Below, piece after piece: positions 35,879 to 49,100 of a stretch of 62,441 nucleotides of DNA. Positions within the stretch are counted from its first letter, which is position 1; every line of letters begins with the position of its first letter. This stretch comes from Chara braunii (Eukaryota; Plantae; Charophyceae). Where the stretch lies: positions 918,662 to 981,102 of the forward strand of contig BFEA01000028.1 of assembly GCA_003427395.1 (NCBI GenBank). The letters are read 5' to 3'. The notes under the pieces are model-generated. The model ran no database searches. It was not told the origin of the DNA and worked only from the letters and a program-made list of their open reading frames with translations. Both the position numbers and the translations under genes were made by a program.

Positions 35879-36707
35879 CGGCGACCGATATCTCCCCCTA
35901 TTCTAAGTCTCCGGGTTCGTCTCCCCTAAGTTATCTCGGATTTGCAGCAACTAATCCTACAGCAGATATGTAGAAAAACACAGACTTGCAAAAACACAGA
36001 TTTCAGAAAACACAGATTTTGCAGATTTGCAGATTTTGCGGATTTTGCAATTTTTTGTCGTTTTTGCCCAAGGAGGGAGGACCGAAAAACACAGGCTCGC
36101 GTTTCCTACTCGAAACGACATCAGAATCACTCCTAACCTGGTGGGCTATCTGTCTGTACTCTATGGAAGACCCCTATAAAATTGGGGGTGATTCCGTCGT
36201 CGTTTGCCCTTACTTGCCTTTTTCGGGCGCCGTTCGGGTCTCAAGGGGAACTGTTCGATAAAGTCCATTTCCCGTTTTTGGAGGACAATGGACTCAGACG
36301 ACCTGCAGGTTCTGCAGGTCATCTGTGTATGCCTAGGGTATCGCTCTTATATCCTTGGTTTGGCGAAACTGGTCTAAGCGCCTCCCGGTCGCATTGGCCC
36401 CTTGGTCCCTTTTTCGGACCGGTCCGTGCTCCGGAGGTTGGCCATCGACTTTTCAGCTGCAGCAGCAGCAACCAGGGGTTTGGCCAGGCATCAAAAGAAG
36501 CAGCAAGATTATTACGAACAGCAACAATAGCCCTAGTAAAAAAAACAGTATTTTTTCCTACCTCCTATTTACCGCGTTCGATTAAAGCACGGAGGGGGGG
36601 AGAACAAGCGAGATTCAAATAAAGCACGGGGTAGGGTGAGACCGGACCTCAGACAGGCACATGGGTAGAGGAATGGTTACAACACTCATGACACTAGACT
36701 GATTAAA

Positions 36708-37568
36708 AACACAAGTAGGGATCTACACCCAAGTGAAGACTTGGACGAAACAAGAAGAGAGAGTGAGTGTAACTCACTCCCAAGCATGCACACACAAAGT
36801 GGGAAGTAACGATTCACTATGGAGTGAAGAAATGGACAAAGCATGAACTCAAGATGACTAAAATACTAGAATGAGCAAAAATACAAGTTGTGATTTACAC
36901 CCAAGTGAAAAATTGGACATAAAAAGAAGAAAGAGAGAGTGTAACTCACTCCCAAGCACGCACACAAAAAGTGGGAAGTAGCGATTTACTATGGAGTGAA
37001 TAAATTGACAAAGCATAAGTTCAAGATGACTAGAACAATAGAATGAGCAAAAATACAAGTAGCGATTTGCACCCAAGTGAAGAATTGGACAAAACAAGAA
37101 GTANAATACAAGTAGCGATTTGCACCCAAGTGAAGAATTGGACAAAACAAGAAGTAAGAGTGAGTGGAACTCACTCTCAAGCATGCACACACAAAATGGG
37201 AAGTGGCGATTTACTATGGAATGAAGAAACGGACAAAGCATGAGCTCAAGATGACTAGAACACTAGAATGAGCAAGAATACAAGTAGCGATTTGCACCCA
37301 AGTGAAGAATTTGACAAAACAAGAAGAATGAGTGAGTGAAACTCACTCCCAAGCATGCACACACAAAGAGGGAAATGACGATTTACTATGGAGGGAAGAA
37401 ATTGACAATGCATGAGCTCAAGATGACTAGAACACTAGAATGAGCAAGAATACAAGTTGCGATTTACACCCAAGTGAAAAATTGGACAAAAGAAGAAGAA
37501 AAAGTGAGTGTAACTCACTCCCAAGCATGCACACCCAAAGTAGGAAGTGGCGATATACTATGGAGTGG
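36708..37568. repeat. ~171-bp satellite-like tandem repeat, ~5 copies
   Basis: aatacaagt.gcgattt.cacccaagtgaa...aactcactcccaagcatgcacac...ctcaagatgactagaa units at ~36709, 36879, 37051/37105, 37277 and 37448. Confidence 0.95.
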
Positions 37569-38767
37569 AAAAAGAGACCATGAGAAGACCATCACTAGTG
37601 GAAAATCCTCCTCCTACCTCTACTAAGCTTTGAAAGGCACCTGTGGAGAGAGAAGATGAGAAAGAAAAAAACAAAAGAAAGTAGATGAGGGAACATGGAG
37701 GAGTAGGGGAAGGAGAGGAAGAGGAAGAAGAAGGAGAAAAGGAAGAAGAAGAAGAAGAAGAAAGAAGAAGAAGAAGAAGAGGAAAAAAAAAAAAAAAAAA
37801 AAAAAAAAAGCAGAAGAAGAAGAAGAAGAAGAAACTTCTCCTTCTTTCCGCTCACCTCCTCTAGTATCTTGGAGTTGAAGTATCAATCTTGATGATGTTT
37901 TTCCTCACTTGACTATGACTCCCTTCTTTCTCGAACCCTTCTCATTCCTCCTCCTCAGTCCCTTCCTGATTATGGCAAACTCCTTATCACTATGGCTATA
38001 GAGTCCTCTCCTCTAGGAGGGCTAATGAGACTCTCTCTATCCTTTTTTTCTTCCTCACAGCCTGGGGGCTCTGGCGGATCACCTTCCTAGGCCAACCTCA
38101 GTACTCTCACTAGCCCCAATGGCAACTCCTACTAGCTCAGAGCCTCCTCCAAGGCCCCCATCTGGCAGCGGTTCCCCTCCTCTCACTTCAAGTGAGTAGG
38201 GTGCTCCTATGAGCTCATTTGGGCAGCATGCCATCGAACTTCAGTGTTCGAACTAATTCCATTTTCCTCTCGTCGAAGAGTTGTCCATAGTGACACGTCG
38301 AACGGCTAACAATCTGGCATGTAAACTTTGTGTCAGTCTTGTCTGAAGTGCACGCATCTTACCATAATTCTTTGAAAGCGAGGCCTTGTAAATCCTGGTC
38401 TGGTTCATTCAATTAGTACTGACTGTATCTATATTAACACTCATAATAAATTAAATTGCAAAGCCTCTTAGATAATCCTATCCCAAATCCAAAATCCAAA
38501 ATACTGTGTTGGGATTTTGTCGTTCCTTGTATTTATTCATCAATCATTAGGAGGATGTTGTTAACCGGGTTTTGGAAATTGTTATGTTCTATCTATTCAT
38601 TTTGTATGTAATATTCAATGAATAAAATAAAATAGATTCATAAAATTAATGTAGAATATAAAATATCATTATTTGTATATAGATCCTATAAAATAGAACA
38701 ATACATCAAAAATAAAGCATTTTCTTTCAATAAACCAATCCTGGAAAATAAGATGGTTTCATATACC

Positions 38768-38823
38768 TGGATAGATTCAACAAATTCAATCAATACGTTG
38801 ATTGAATTTGTTGAATCTATCCA
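38768..38823. repeat. Perfect 26-bp inverted repeat with a 4-nt loop
   Basis: tggatagattcaacaaattcaatcaa-TACG-ttgattgaatttgttgaatctatcca. Confidence 0.95.
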
Positions 38824-39629
38824 AAAAAATTGGGGCACTCCTCATGCATATGTGAGTGCGGTGGACTGCTCCCTCAGCTTATGTAGGCTGAAACCGGATT
38901 ACCGGCCAACCCATGAGCCTCACCATGTGCCTCCAAGTTAACCGAGGTACCCCCAAGACAAAATTTCACCACTAGGCCTCTCCGGGGGTACCTGGGCCTC
39001 ATTTTGGCCAAGTACATGCAGTCTGAGTGGTTCGTACCAACTCGGATTGCCTCTTGGCTTCCTTCAGCCTCCTTTCCTTTTTCAAATGCTGCCCCCTTGA
39101 GTCCAAATGCTAAAGGGGCAACCTTACTTGGAAGAAAAAAAACTTTTTTGCCTTTTTCTTCCTTTTTGCTGCTCCTACCCCATTTTGGGTAGGCTGAGGT
39201 ATTTTTTCAAGTCTCGGATCAATCTCAACCTTGGATCTGGCTGAGATCCTAGGCGAGCATAATTCCGAGCTACCCCCAAGTGATCCTTGCTTCAATTTTG
39301 AGCCCACATGCTCACTTTTTCAATTTCTGGTGCATCAGGCATACTTTTGGGTCAAATGCACAGTTTCGACCTTTTCCTTCTTTTGTTTCTTTCCATTTTG
39401 GGCTGCTAACTCATTCCGGAGTTGGCCGTATGAGCTGGCAAAAAAAAATGCCCCTATGCTCTCCACCATAAGATCTGATCTCAGGTCCATGACTCACAAA
39501 GAAAACGGCCAACTCCTTTTTGCATTTTTGCCCATTTTTGCCGTTTTAAATTAAGATATTTATGAGATAATGCCCTATTGCCCTGCAATCCGGATTGCCC
39601 TCCACAAAATTTGGAGGGATGAGGTCACA

Positions 39630-42280
39630 GTAGGGACCTGCCAGTCCCTACTATGTCAGTCTCAATTGACCGACACATTCTCCTCCACCCTTTTCTCCCC
39701 TTTTGTCTCATCCACCCTTTTTTTTCTCCAATTTTTCTCTCTTTTTTCGTTTATTTCTGTTATGCCAAGTGTCAAACTGTTGTGCACCATTTTTCTAGGC
39801 CTTAGGACCTTATTAAAAGCTAGACTCATGGCAAGCAGTTGGCCGTTGCAACTCGGATTGCAATAATGGAGCCCCCATGCTCATAGGGGCTACCGTTTGC
39901 CTCCGTTTTCTCAATTTTGAGCCCCATTGTGCTCCGATTTTTCCTTGGCAGCTTATTTTCTGCATAGAGCCTATGGGGGCTCTATTTTCTTGTGCCTTGC
40001 TAGTCCGGGATATCTCGGACTGCTGGGCAGCCCCTCCTTTACTCCTTTTCTCTCACTTTGCCTCCTAGTACGCGCTCATTAGACTCTTTTCAGTTTGCAC
40101 TCACAGTGGCTAATATTTTTCACCGTCAAGATCTTTGATCTTGAAGACGCTACTGCTTGCATAATTCTCTTCTTTTGCTAGCCCATGGTTCTCTTGGGAC
40201 TGCTCAAGTCCCCGCCATCCTCTCATGCTGGTTCCATTTTCTAGTCCCGGTCGTGGTCCCGCCGGCGCATGTCCCAAATTTTAATTATTTTATTTGGGCT
40301 CATTTAGTCCCCGACATCATTCCCGGTGACGTCCCATTCTTATTTGGGACCTCCTTGTCCCCGGCAGCCCCAATCCCTTCTTCTCATGGGCCTCAAGTAC
40401 CGCGAATATTCTAGGCCATGAGACTCACCATCTCGCGGGCCCCACTTACCGTCTTTATTTGCCCAAACCAAAGACACTCTTTTCTAGTGTCTTGGGTGAG
40501 CCAAGGCCCTTTTCCTTTTGGCCTAGGCCTCCCGATGCAGTCTGTTATTTCTCGGACTGCCATAATGGCCTTTTTCCTAGCCTCATGGACCACAACATGC
40601 CTTAAACTGAAACAAAAGGAAGCGACCAACTCCCAAGTGCATCCAGACTCCATATTGACTCCGGATGCATCTAAAACATGTGTTTTCTCCTCCCCATGCA
40701 ATCCATTATATATCGGTTGCATGAGGCCTTGATTTTTCTTGATTTTCTCAGCAAAATCAAAGAAGAATCAAGATCCATTGCAATTACCATATCCCATAAT
40801 GTATATGGTCACGGATGTATCTCCCCAAGTGACCGTTTTTTACCGTTAAACCACCACTACCTTTCACAAGCAAACGCGGAGTCCATCTAGTAGCCTATTC
40901 CTTAAAACACAGGGCTCGAGGCAGGGTTGAAGGCCGACGGAAAAAAAAAAAAAAAAAAAAAAAAAGTTTCAAATCCAGGGACGTCGGGGAAGACCCTCAC
41001 AAGGGTGAAAGTTGCAGAGGCCTTTGATGAATGTATCTGGCCACTATGTGGGGAAGGGGCTTGCTTTTTTGTTTTGTTTTGATTTTGTTCCCATATCTTT
41101 TTAGTGCCCTGCCAGGCAGGTAGGGCGTATTTCACAGGTGACACATAACTGTCTCAATGCTGTAGCATCTGTATCTACCCTCAATCGCAGCATAAGGGGG
41201 GGGGGGGTTGTTTTGTTTTATTTTCCTTTGTGTGTCCCCTACACGCCCTCACTGAGGGCACATTCACACGAGCACCTCATAGAATGTATCTGGCCGTTAT
41301 CGAGGCGTTCGGGATGTTTGGGTTTTTTCTTTTTCTTCTTTTTTTTTCACCCTTTCTCCTTCTTGGCTGAAACTGCCCCGGCTCGGCAAAGGTAGTGGTG
41401 GTTTAAGGCCTTTTTCTTTTTTCTTTTCTTTTTTCTTTTCTTTTCTTTTTTTTTTTCTCCATTTTTGGAAAGTAGGGACATGTCAGTCCCTACTAACGAC
41501 CAACTCACTCACTCCCTCTCACTCCGTTTGTCTTATCCTCCCACATATTTTTTTTCTTTTTCCTTCTTTTTCTAGCATGCCAAGTGTCAAGTAGCCATTA
41601 AGGCCTTTTTTAGGCCCTCCCCCTTAGTTTTGGCCCTTGCAATACCCAATGTGCAGTCCATTATTTCTCGGACTGCAATTAGGTCTCCCCCATGCCCATG
41701 GGAGCTTCCTTTTGCCTCCCTTTCTCCCAAACTGTGGCCCCCTTTGCTCCGATTTTCTCCCGGGAGCCTATTTTTCACATGGAGCTTCTCTTGGCTCCAT
41801 TTTCTTCAAGGTAGCTAATCCGAGATATTTCGGATTGCTGTCGTGCCTTGTTTTTTTTTTTTTTTTTTTTTTCCCTTTTTGTTTTAGCCGTCCTGTTTGC
41901 CTCCACTAGTGCTTGTACTAATGGTGCTAATATTCTTGGTCGTACAAATCTTGATCTTGACGGTACTTCTTGCTTTGGGCATCCTTTCCTTATGGCCCTG
42001 CATAACTTTGTCTTGGGACATCACAAGTCCCCGTCATTTGTCCCGCGCTAGTCCCCGATACTCGTCCTGCCGGTGGTCCCGCCGGCACTTGTCCTGCCGG
42101 TGGTCTCTCCGATACTTGACCCAATATGCCATTATTTTTACTTACTCCCCCATGGTCCTCGACACTTTCCCTTGCGATGTCCCGGTTTCTCTTGGCACTT
42201 TCTTCCCCATGGCCGCCTCATTTCTAGTCTTTTTTCTATGTCCCGCGCGCCCCGGTCTTTCCGGCCACGGCCCTCACTTA
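39630..42280. repeat. Diverged direct repeats of ~0.8 kb (39630-40400 and 41470-42280), plus a partial copy near 40500-40600
   Basis: Shared blocks gtagggac.tg.cagtccctacta, atgccaagtgtcaa, ctccgatttt, gctaatatt, caagtccccg.cat and gtggtcccgccggc. Confidence 0.75.
40850..41402. mobile_element. 553-bp non-autonomous TIR element flanked by TTAA (piggyBac/Kolobok-type target)
   Basis: TTAA|ACCACCACTACCTTT ... AAAGGTAGTGGTGGT|TTAA, a perfect 15-bp TIR. Confidence 0.75.
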
Positions 42281-42732
42281 TTATTTTCTCGACCTCTCGA
42301 CTCTTTTCTCCCTGCGATAAGCAGCCCAGGGCTTTCTTCTTCCCGGCGGTCCTTCTCTCTTTGGGAAGAAGGGCCGCTTTTACTATTTTTTAGTGCCCCT
42401 TCGCCGCTTACTATTCTGATAATCTCTTCCTGGTCCAGCGGTTCCGGCGTCCCAGGGTATTCTCTATGTCCCTAGGCGGCGACACTTGTGTCTTTGACCT
42501 TCCATCCTTCTTATCTCTCTTACCTCTGGTTTTCTCTGTTGTGCACAGTTCCGCCATATACCATCTCTCAAAGGCCAAGACTTATTTCGGGACCCACAGG
42601 TCCTGACAACGTCTTTTGCTCTACATTGTTCTCCTTCTCTTTTTCCGATTCCCTCTTTTGCTTGACCACTTCTACCCATTTCATCTCTTCCTTTTCCTGC
42701 ACCGACTGCAAATCCGCGCACAAATCTCTTTC

Positions 42733-44019
42733 TCAAATCTCTTGCTTCAGGTTTTCCACATTTATTGTTGGATCCTTAGTGAAACACCTGCGGGATTTCC
42801 TTTCTACCCTCATTGACTGCCATCTGCTGTCATAGGGGGGGTATGTTTCCGTCCTCGGGGTTGGTTCACTATCTAAGATCCATACCCAGTCCGGGACATC
42901 CATGTTATCGTTGAAAACCCAGCCTGCGTATTGCACACCCGGTGCATACCAAAAACCTTTTTCGTTCGTCACCTCTTGCAAGTTGGCTGTTCTGAGTGGT
43001 TTGGGCTTCAAGTTTTCCTTTGTTTTGGTGCAGTTGGGATCGGTACCCAGATATCCTCTTTGTCTGCACTTAAAACAGAAGGGGTTGGTCTTGCTGGACA
43101 CCGCAATTATTCATCCTGCAGAAAAAAACACTCATCAGGTGTGTGCGGCATCGGGCTTTCCCATATGTCCAGAACCACTGTCATTTGATTATGTTGTGGC
43201 GTGAGGAAGTCCGGTGTTGCTACACTCCAGTGCAGTTCCTTGAAATTCTCATATTCCATCTTTACTCTTTCTTTGACGCAGCCGTGCATTCCTTTCGGCA
43301 CGTTGTCGAGTTGAATCCAAAAGTGTTTTTTGATCAAGTCATGTCTGTATTTGAAGGGTGTCTGCTGATAAGCGCGACCCTTTTCCATGGGCGCACTGTG
43401 ACTACTGCTGAGTTGCAATTAAAATATTTGTTTGTTAAAAAAACTGTCAGTGCCGCATCCATGCATAACATCATAATGACGTTTCTTGATCTTGGATGGA
43501 AGGAGACTTGGGATTCATCCCTTGGACTGGTTTCAAGCTTTTCAATTGCTCCCATATCCACTTCACGCCTGTCTGTCCAATTCCTGACTTTTTTTCGTGA
43601 AGGTGAAAAGAACGGCGTGCTTTTTGTGGAGTTCTTCCGACTTGGAGGTTAATTCTTTGGGGTATTTGTAGATCACAATCTCTTCTTTGTTGTTTGCGCC
43701 ATGGTCAATGAGTTTGGTGGTTTTGATGAGGGGTGTTCTTGTCTGTTCCACGAGGCTCGAGCCAATTTTGCGTTTTAATTCCCATGCCCTCCATCGTTGT
43801 GACTATAGTGGTTCGAGCGTCGGTTGCTTGATATTTGTGCTGGTCTTCTAAAAGGGAAAGGTTGATTAAGCGTTCCAACGGGGAGAGCTTAAGCAGTGGA
43901 GCGAGTGAGGGGGTAGGCGCTTGGACGGCCGGTTGCGTGTCAAGAAGGTGATCGTGAAAGTGAATGAGAGGTACACTTAATAGGAGAGAGCTTAAATCGA
44001 GGAAAAAAAAATTGGTCAA
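42733..44019 (-). pseudogene. LINE ORF1-like remnant with zinc knuckle (copy D)
   Basis: Collinear fragments including FWIQLDNVP (resembles the plant L1 ORF1 W..L..LP motif) and a CCHC-like CFKCRQRGYLGTDPNC, followed by a Lys/Glu-rich stretch. Confidence 0.6.
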
Positions 44020-44049
44020 GTGGGTGGGGGTGCTAAGGGGGGCAAGAGA

Positions 44050-44995
44050 ATGGGTAGGTGGATAGGAGCGGGGAGGGATGATAGGAGCGGGACGAGGTCG
44101 GGATGGGGGCGGGATGGGAGCGAGAAGGAGGCAGGATAGGAGCAGAATGGGAGCGGGATAGGAGCAGGATGGGAGCGAGATAGGAGTGGGATGGGAGTGG
44201 GATAGGAGTGGGATAGGAGCGGGAAAGGAGCCGGATGGGAGCGATATGAGAGCGGGCTGGGAGCTGGACGGGAGCGGAGTGGGATCGGGAAGGAGGCGGG
44301 ATAAGATCGGGATGGGAGCGGGATAGGAGCGAGATAGGAGCGGGAAGGGAGACAGGTGGGAGAGGTATGGGTGCGGGATGAGAGCTGGATGAGAGCGGAG
44401 TGGGGTCGGGAAGGAGGCGAGATAGGATCAGGATGGGAGCGGGATAGGAGCAGAACGGGATCGGTATGGGATCGGGATGTAGGAGGATTGGATAAGGGTG
44501 GGATCGGGATGTGGGAATGGATCAGTGTGGGATCAGGATGTGGGTGGGATAGGCTTGTGATGGGGGCGGGATGGGAGTGGGATTGGATCAGGGTGGGATC
44601 GGGATGGGATCGAAATGGGAACGGGCTGGGATCGGGATGGGAGTGGGATGTGAGATGGGTGGGATCGGGATGGAATCGGGATGGGAGCGGGATGGGAACG
44701 AGGTAGGAACGGGATGGGATCGAGATGGGTGGGATAGGATCGGGGTGGGAACGGGATGGAGGTGGGAGGGGATCGAGATGGGAGTGGTCTGGGAGCTGGA
44801 TGGTAGCGGGGTGGGAGCGGGATGGGATCGGGACGGGAGCGGGATGAGAGTGGGGAGGATCAGGATGGGAGGGGGATGGGAACGGGATGGAGCTGGAGTG
44901 GGATGGAATCGGGGAGGGGCAGAGATGGGGACGAGGGCAGGAACGGAATTGGGGTCGGGAGGGGGTATGTTGGGATGGGATCGGTGTGGGAACGG
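44050..44995 (+). repeat. G-rich degenerate minisatellite (GGGAT/GGGAGC units)
   Basis: ~950 bp of gggatgggagcgggataggagc-type repeats. Confidence 0.9.
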
Positions 44996-46154
44996 GTTGG
45001 GCTTCGAGATCAGATCTGGGAATGTTTCAGACTTCAGGATCGGGGCTTCAGATTTGAGTGCGTAGTGAGGGAAGGGTGGGAGGGGGCGAAACGTAAGGAG
45101 AAGAAGAAGGGGAAGAAGAAGAAGCGGAAGAAAAGAGAAGAAAACGAGAGGAGAACAAACGAAGAAGAAGAGGAAGAAGACAAAGAGAGGAAAAAGAAAG
45201 AAGGAGAAGAACGAGAAGAAAGGTGAAGGAAAATTAGTAGGAGAGTTGTCGTCGATTACTTATCTTCGCGAAGATAATACCGACGATGACTATAATGGCG
45301 CGACACGACTGCAAAGATGACTAGCACAACAATGGTGTCGTGGCCCGACGACGGTAAATGTGCTGATGATAGGGAAGACGTATCCCAATGATGACGATCG
45401 CGGTAATCACGAAACTGGCGCCGCGCGGCGATGGCGATCTCGATTATGACGTGACTCGACAACGACAATGGCATTGATCATTGTTGTCCCTTTCATATTT
45501 CGAGTACACCCCCCTTCCTTTGTTTTCCTCACTGCTCCTCTCTTCTGCCCTGTTCCTCCCTCTTCTCTGTGCGTTGTTTCTAGATTATTGCTCACCTTTG
45601 GTCGTATCCGATATTTCCCTATTGCGACTTTTTCTTCCCCGTATCACTGTTTCTCCGTTTGAATCCTTCCTCCCTGAGAGTTTTCTGTCCCTTGCCCTTC
45701 TTATCTTCTCTTGTCCTTGTTCTCCTTTCCCTTCCTTGTCCCCCTTTTCCACTCTTGTTGCCTGTGTGGAGACTATCCTCTCCCCTATTCTTTTCACCCC
45801 TTCGAGCTCGCCTCCCTTTCTCACGGGCCTGCGCCACACCCTAGGGTGTGGCGTGACGTGGCTTAAGGTCGTTCTTCCTATAGCGTTGGGTTCGAAGTTC
45901 GAAAAATGGCGGTCACATCCGCCCATGGTGCTTCGTGCCTTGCCATGCGAAGCCGAAGCCGGGTCCCCTGGGCAGCGTTAGCACTCACGCTAACCGGAGC
46001 GGTGCAGTCGCCAACCAAGCTGTATCGTTATAATTTTAACAGATGTCCCGAACAGTTATTTGCTGAAAGAATGGATGATAACCATAACCATATCAGCGTA
46101 GGATACATACAGTTATTTTGCCAATTCTTGCCATTCTTGGTGTTTACTTTGAAG

Positions 46155-49100
46155 TTTTTTTTTTTTTTTTTTTTTAATTTAAACAGGTCCTCATGGTCCT
46201 GGCTCCATATCCATTCTGGGGAGCGTCAGTCCAGTTCCTTTCCACCGACAAGTCGAGAATTGGAATACATGGTGAACACTCTCACGCTTCCTTCCTTTTG
46301 GCAGAAGGAACCCTGACCAGCATTGATTACTCCTGTTTCGGAGGTTGAGAGATTATCCAAGGTTTGGCTTTTGGGACCCTCACTTTCCCCAATCGGAAGG
46401 AGTCTAGCATCTCACACTGGGGTTCTTTATTCATAATTTCCCACTCTTTGTAGGTTGTGCTTGGTGATCGGGTAGGAGAAGAACTTGGAGAGGTAGCTGG
46501 ATGCATTGGTTCGAGAAACGGATCGGTATGCTATGAGAGGCTGGGTAACCATTGTCTTCGATGTTCTGCCCAAATGTGTTTCACCTGCCAAACTCCTTTT
46601 TCCACCCAGGATAGACATCTCCTGTCTTTTGTGCGTAGTGTCCGGGGTGAGCCACTCGGATCAACTATCCAAGTATTGCAGAAAAGAGGTTGTCTCAAGA
46701 CCTCTTCTCTGTTTCCTAGTGCACCGTGTTTGCTCGGCATCATTCTTCGCCAAGCTTTGAGGGTAGGCTTCCAGTATGGATTTGCTGTTGGGGTGGGGAT
46801 TGTAGCAGGATCTGCTGGGTTTCATCTGCGCGGTCTGCCTGATTTGATTGTCCAGTCTTTCGCCATTATCCAGAAAAGGCCTCTCATGTTCGGAGGGGAG
46901 TTGATGGGTGTTAGATTTCTGATACTATCTAGAGCCATTTGGGTCCATGGAATGAATTGTCTTATCAGGATCTTGATAACCCATTTCATCTCCAGTGCTA
47001 GGGATTCTTGTTTGGGATCAATTAGCCCTAGACCTCCCTCCTGTGGTTTCCTGATGATGTGGGGCTACCCCGTTGATACACATGGTCCTGTTGGGGTCTC
47101 CGGTCCATAGATAACATCTAACCCTGTTCTTTAAAGTTTTGAGGTCGTCGTCAGGACCAGATGGATGCCATGTACCACAATGTGGACAATATTGTTGTGT
47201 TGATCAGTAATGCTCTTCCAATTAGCGAGGCCTAATCGTTTTTGCATGGGGCCATGCAAGTTATTGCCATGGCAACTAGGTTTTGGCCCATGTCTGGCCA
47301 CCCCCCCTACTTGTTTACCATGATACCGAGGAATCTTAGTGCCAGATCTCTTGTAGACCATGACATGGGTGTGGTTGTATCCGTCGGTTGTGGTGGGGTC
47401 TCGTCTGCTAGCCACCATCCTTCGGTTTTAGCTCAATTGACCTTCATTTTTTATGCCAGTCTGAAGGCTTCCATTGCTCTTACGAGGGCTTGGAATGAGC
47501 AGTTGTTGGCGTGAATAAAGACAGTGAGGTCGTCGACGAACATTAGTGCCGTAGGTAGGGCAAAGTCGTGTAATGGGTTGAAGTCGTGTTCAGTAAGGTG
47601 GCCGATGGATGGGTCCTTCCGGAGGAAGGAGGCTATGGCTTCCGTAATGAAGAGGAAGATTGGAGGAGCCAATGGGTCGCCTTGTCTAACAGATCTTGAG
47701 ATCGGGTAGGTCTCTGAAAAAATCCTATTGACCTGAACTCTACCTGTTGCGTTTGAGTAGAGGACTCTAACCCATTTTCTGAACATGGGTCTTACCCCCA
47801 TTCTCTCCGTGCAGGCATGCAGGAAGTCCCAATTGACTTGATCATAGGCCTTTTCGAAGTCAAAGAACAAGATTGCTGCCTTCATTCGGTTTTCCATGAT
47901 TTTCTTCGATGCCTCATTCAATGTCAACACATTGTCTGGTATGTACCGGTCAGGGATAAAGCCTGCTTGGTCAATATGGAAGCATCTGTTTGTTAGCTTT
48001 GTTATTCTATTTGCAAGAGCCTTAGCGAGGATTTTGTAGGGAGTGGTGGGTAGTGATATGGGTCTATAGTTCTTCAGGTCTTTTTGTCTCCCTTCTTGTG
48101 CAACAGAGATACCACGTTGGTGCTTAGTTTATTGCCTAGGCCTCCCTTCAGCCTGCTGTCGTTGAAGAAATCAAGCAGATCCTCTCCTAGAGTCGGCCAA
48201 AATTGACTCCACACTTCTTTCGAGAGGTCGTCGACGCCCGGAGCTTTGTCGTTTCCCATTTGGGTCAGGGCTACGTGTAGCTCAGCTAGGGTTAGGGGGT
48301 TGTCCAGGTTTTCCGCTTGAGATGCTGAGATCGTTTTGTCTAGGTACGACAACATGTGTTGGCGGGCTGTTATGCTCGTTGTGGTCGGAGGTGAAGGCGT
48401 TTTCGACTTGTATAAGCCTGCGTAGAATACCTTGGCTATCCTGACCATCTTTGTCCTTGCTGTTTTGATATTCTCTTGATCTGTTGGGTCTTTGAGGCCC
48501 TCTATCATGTTGTTCATGACATTCGCTTTGATTCTGGAGAAGAAGAATTCAGTCATGGATTCATTGAGTGTGTAGTCCGTCATCCTGGCGCGTAGTTGTA
48601 GTCCTCTCAAGTCACATCTCCTCCATTCGTTTAGTTCCTCTTTAGTCTCAGCAAGTAGGTCCTTGTAGAACTGGCTAGAGGGGTCCTCCGCTAGGTTAGC
48701 TTCTGCGACTGGGATGGCGAATTGGAGTTCCTCCCTTCTCCTTTTGCGATCCCTCGCTATGCCCCGCGATTCTGCTGATACTTTTCGGGTTAGGTCTGTG
48801 TAACTGTCGATGAACCATTGGCGCCTGTTTGTCTGCCTGAACTCTTACTGTTTTTTTATGGACCAGTTTTTTTTTACAACTGCAGACATCCTCTCATTCG
48901 CTAGGAGGGAGGTGTTCAGCCTGAAAAATCCATGTCCTATTTCGACTGGTGAGTTAAAATTCAGCAGCCGTTAAATGGGCTTGTGGTCCAGTCATATGAA
49001 GGGCCGTTCAGGGCGGCCGAAGGACGGATTTCAGCTTCTTTGATTGCCCCTTGTAGGCTCTCGGAGATCAGGAAGTAGTCAATCCTGGACAGTGAGGTCC

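Noticed and set aside
44356-45226. Gly/Trp-rich ORFs resembling GW/AGO-hook proteins
   Set aside because: They arise from the GGGAT minisatellite in several frames, with no evidence of coding constraint.
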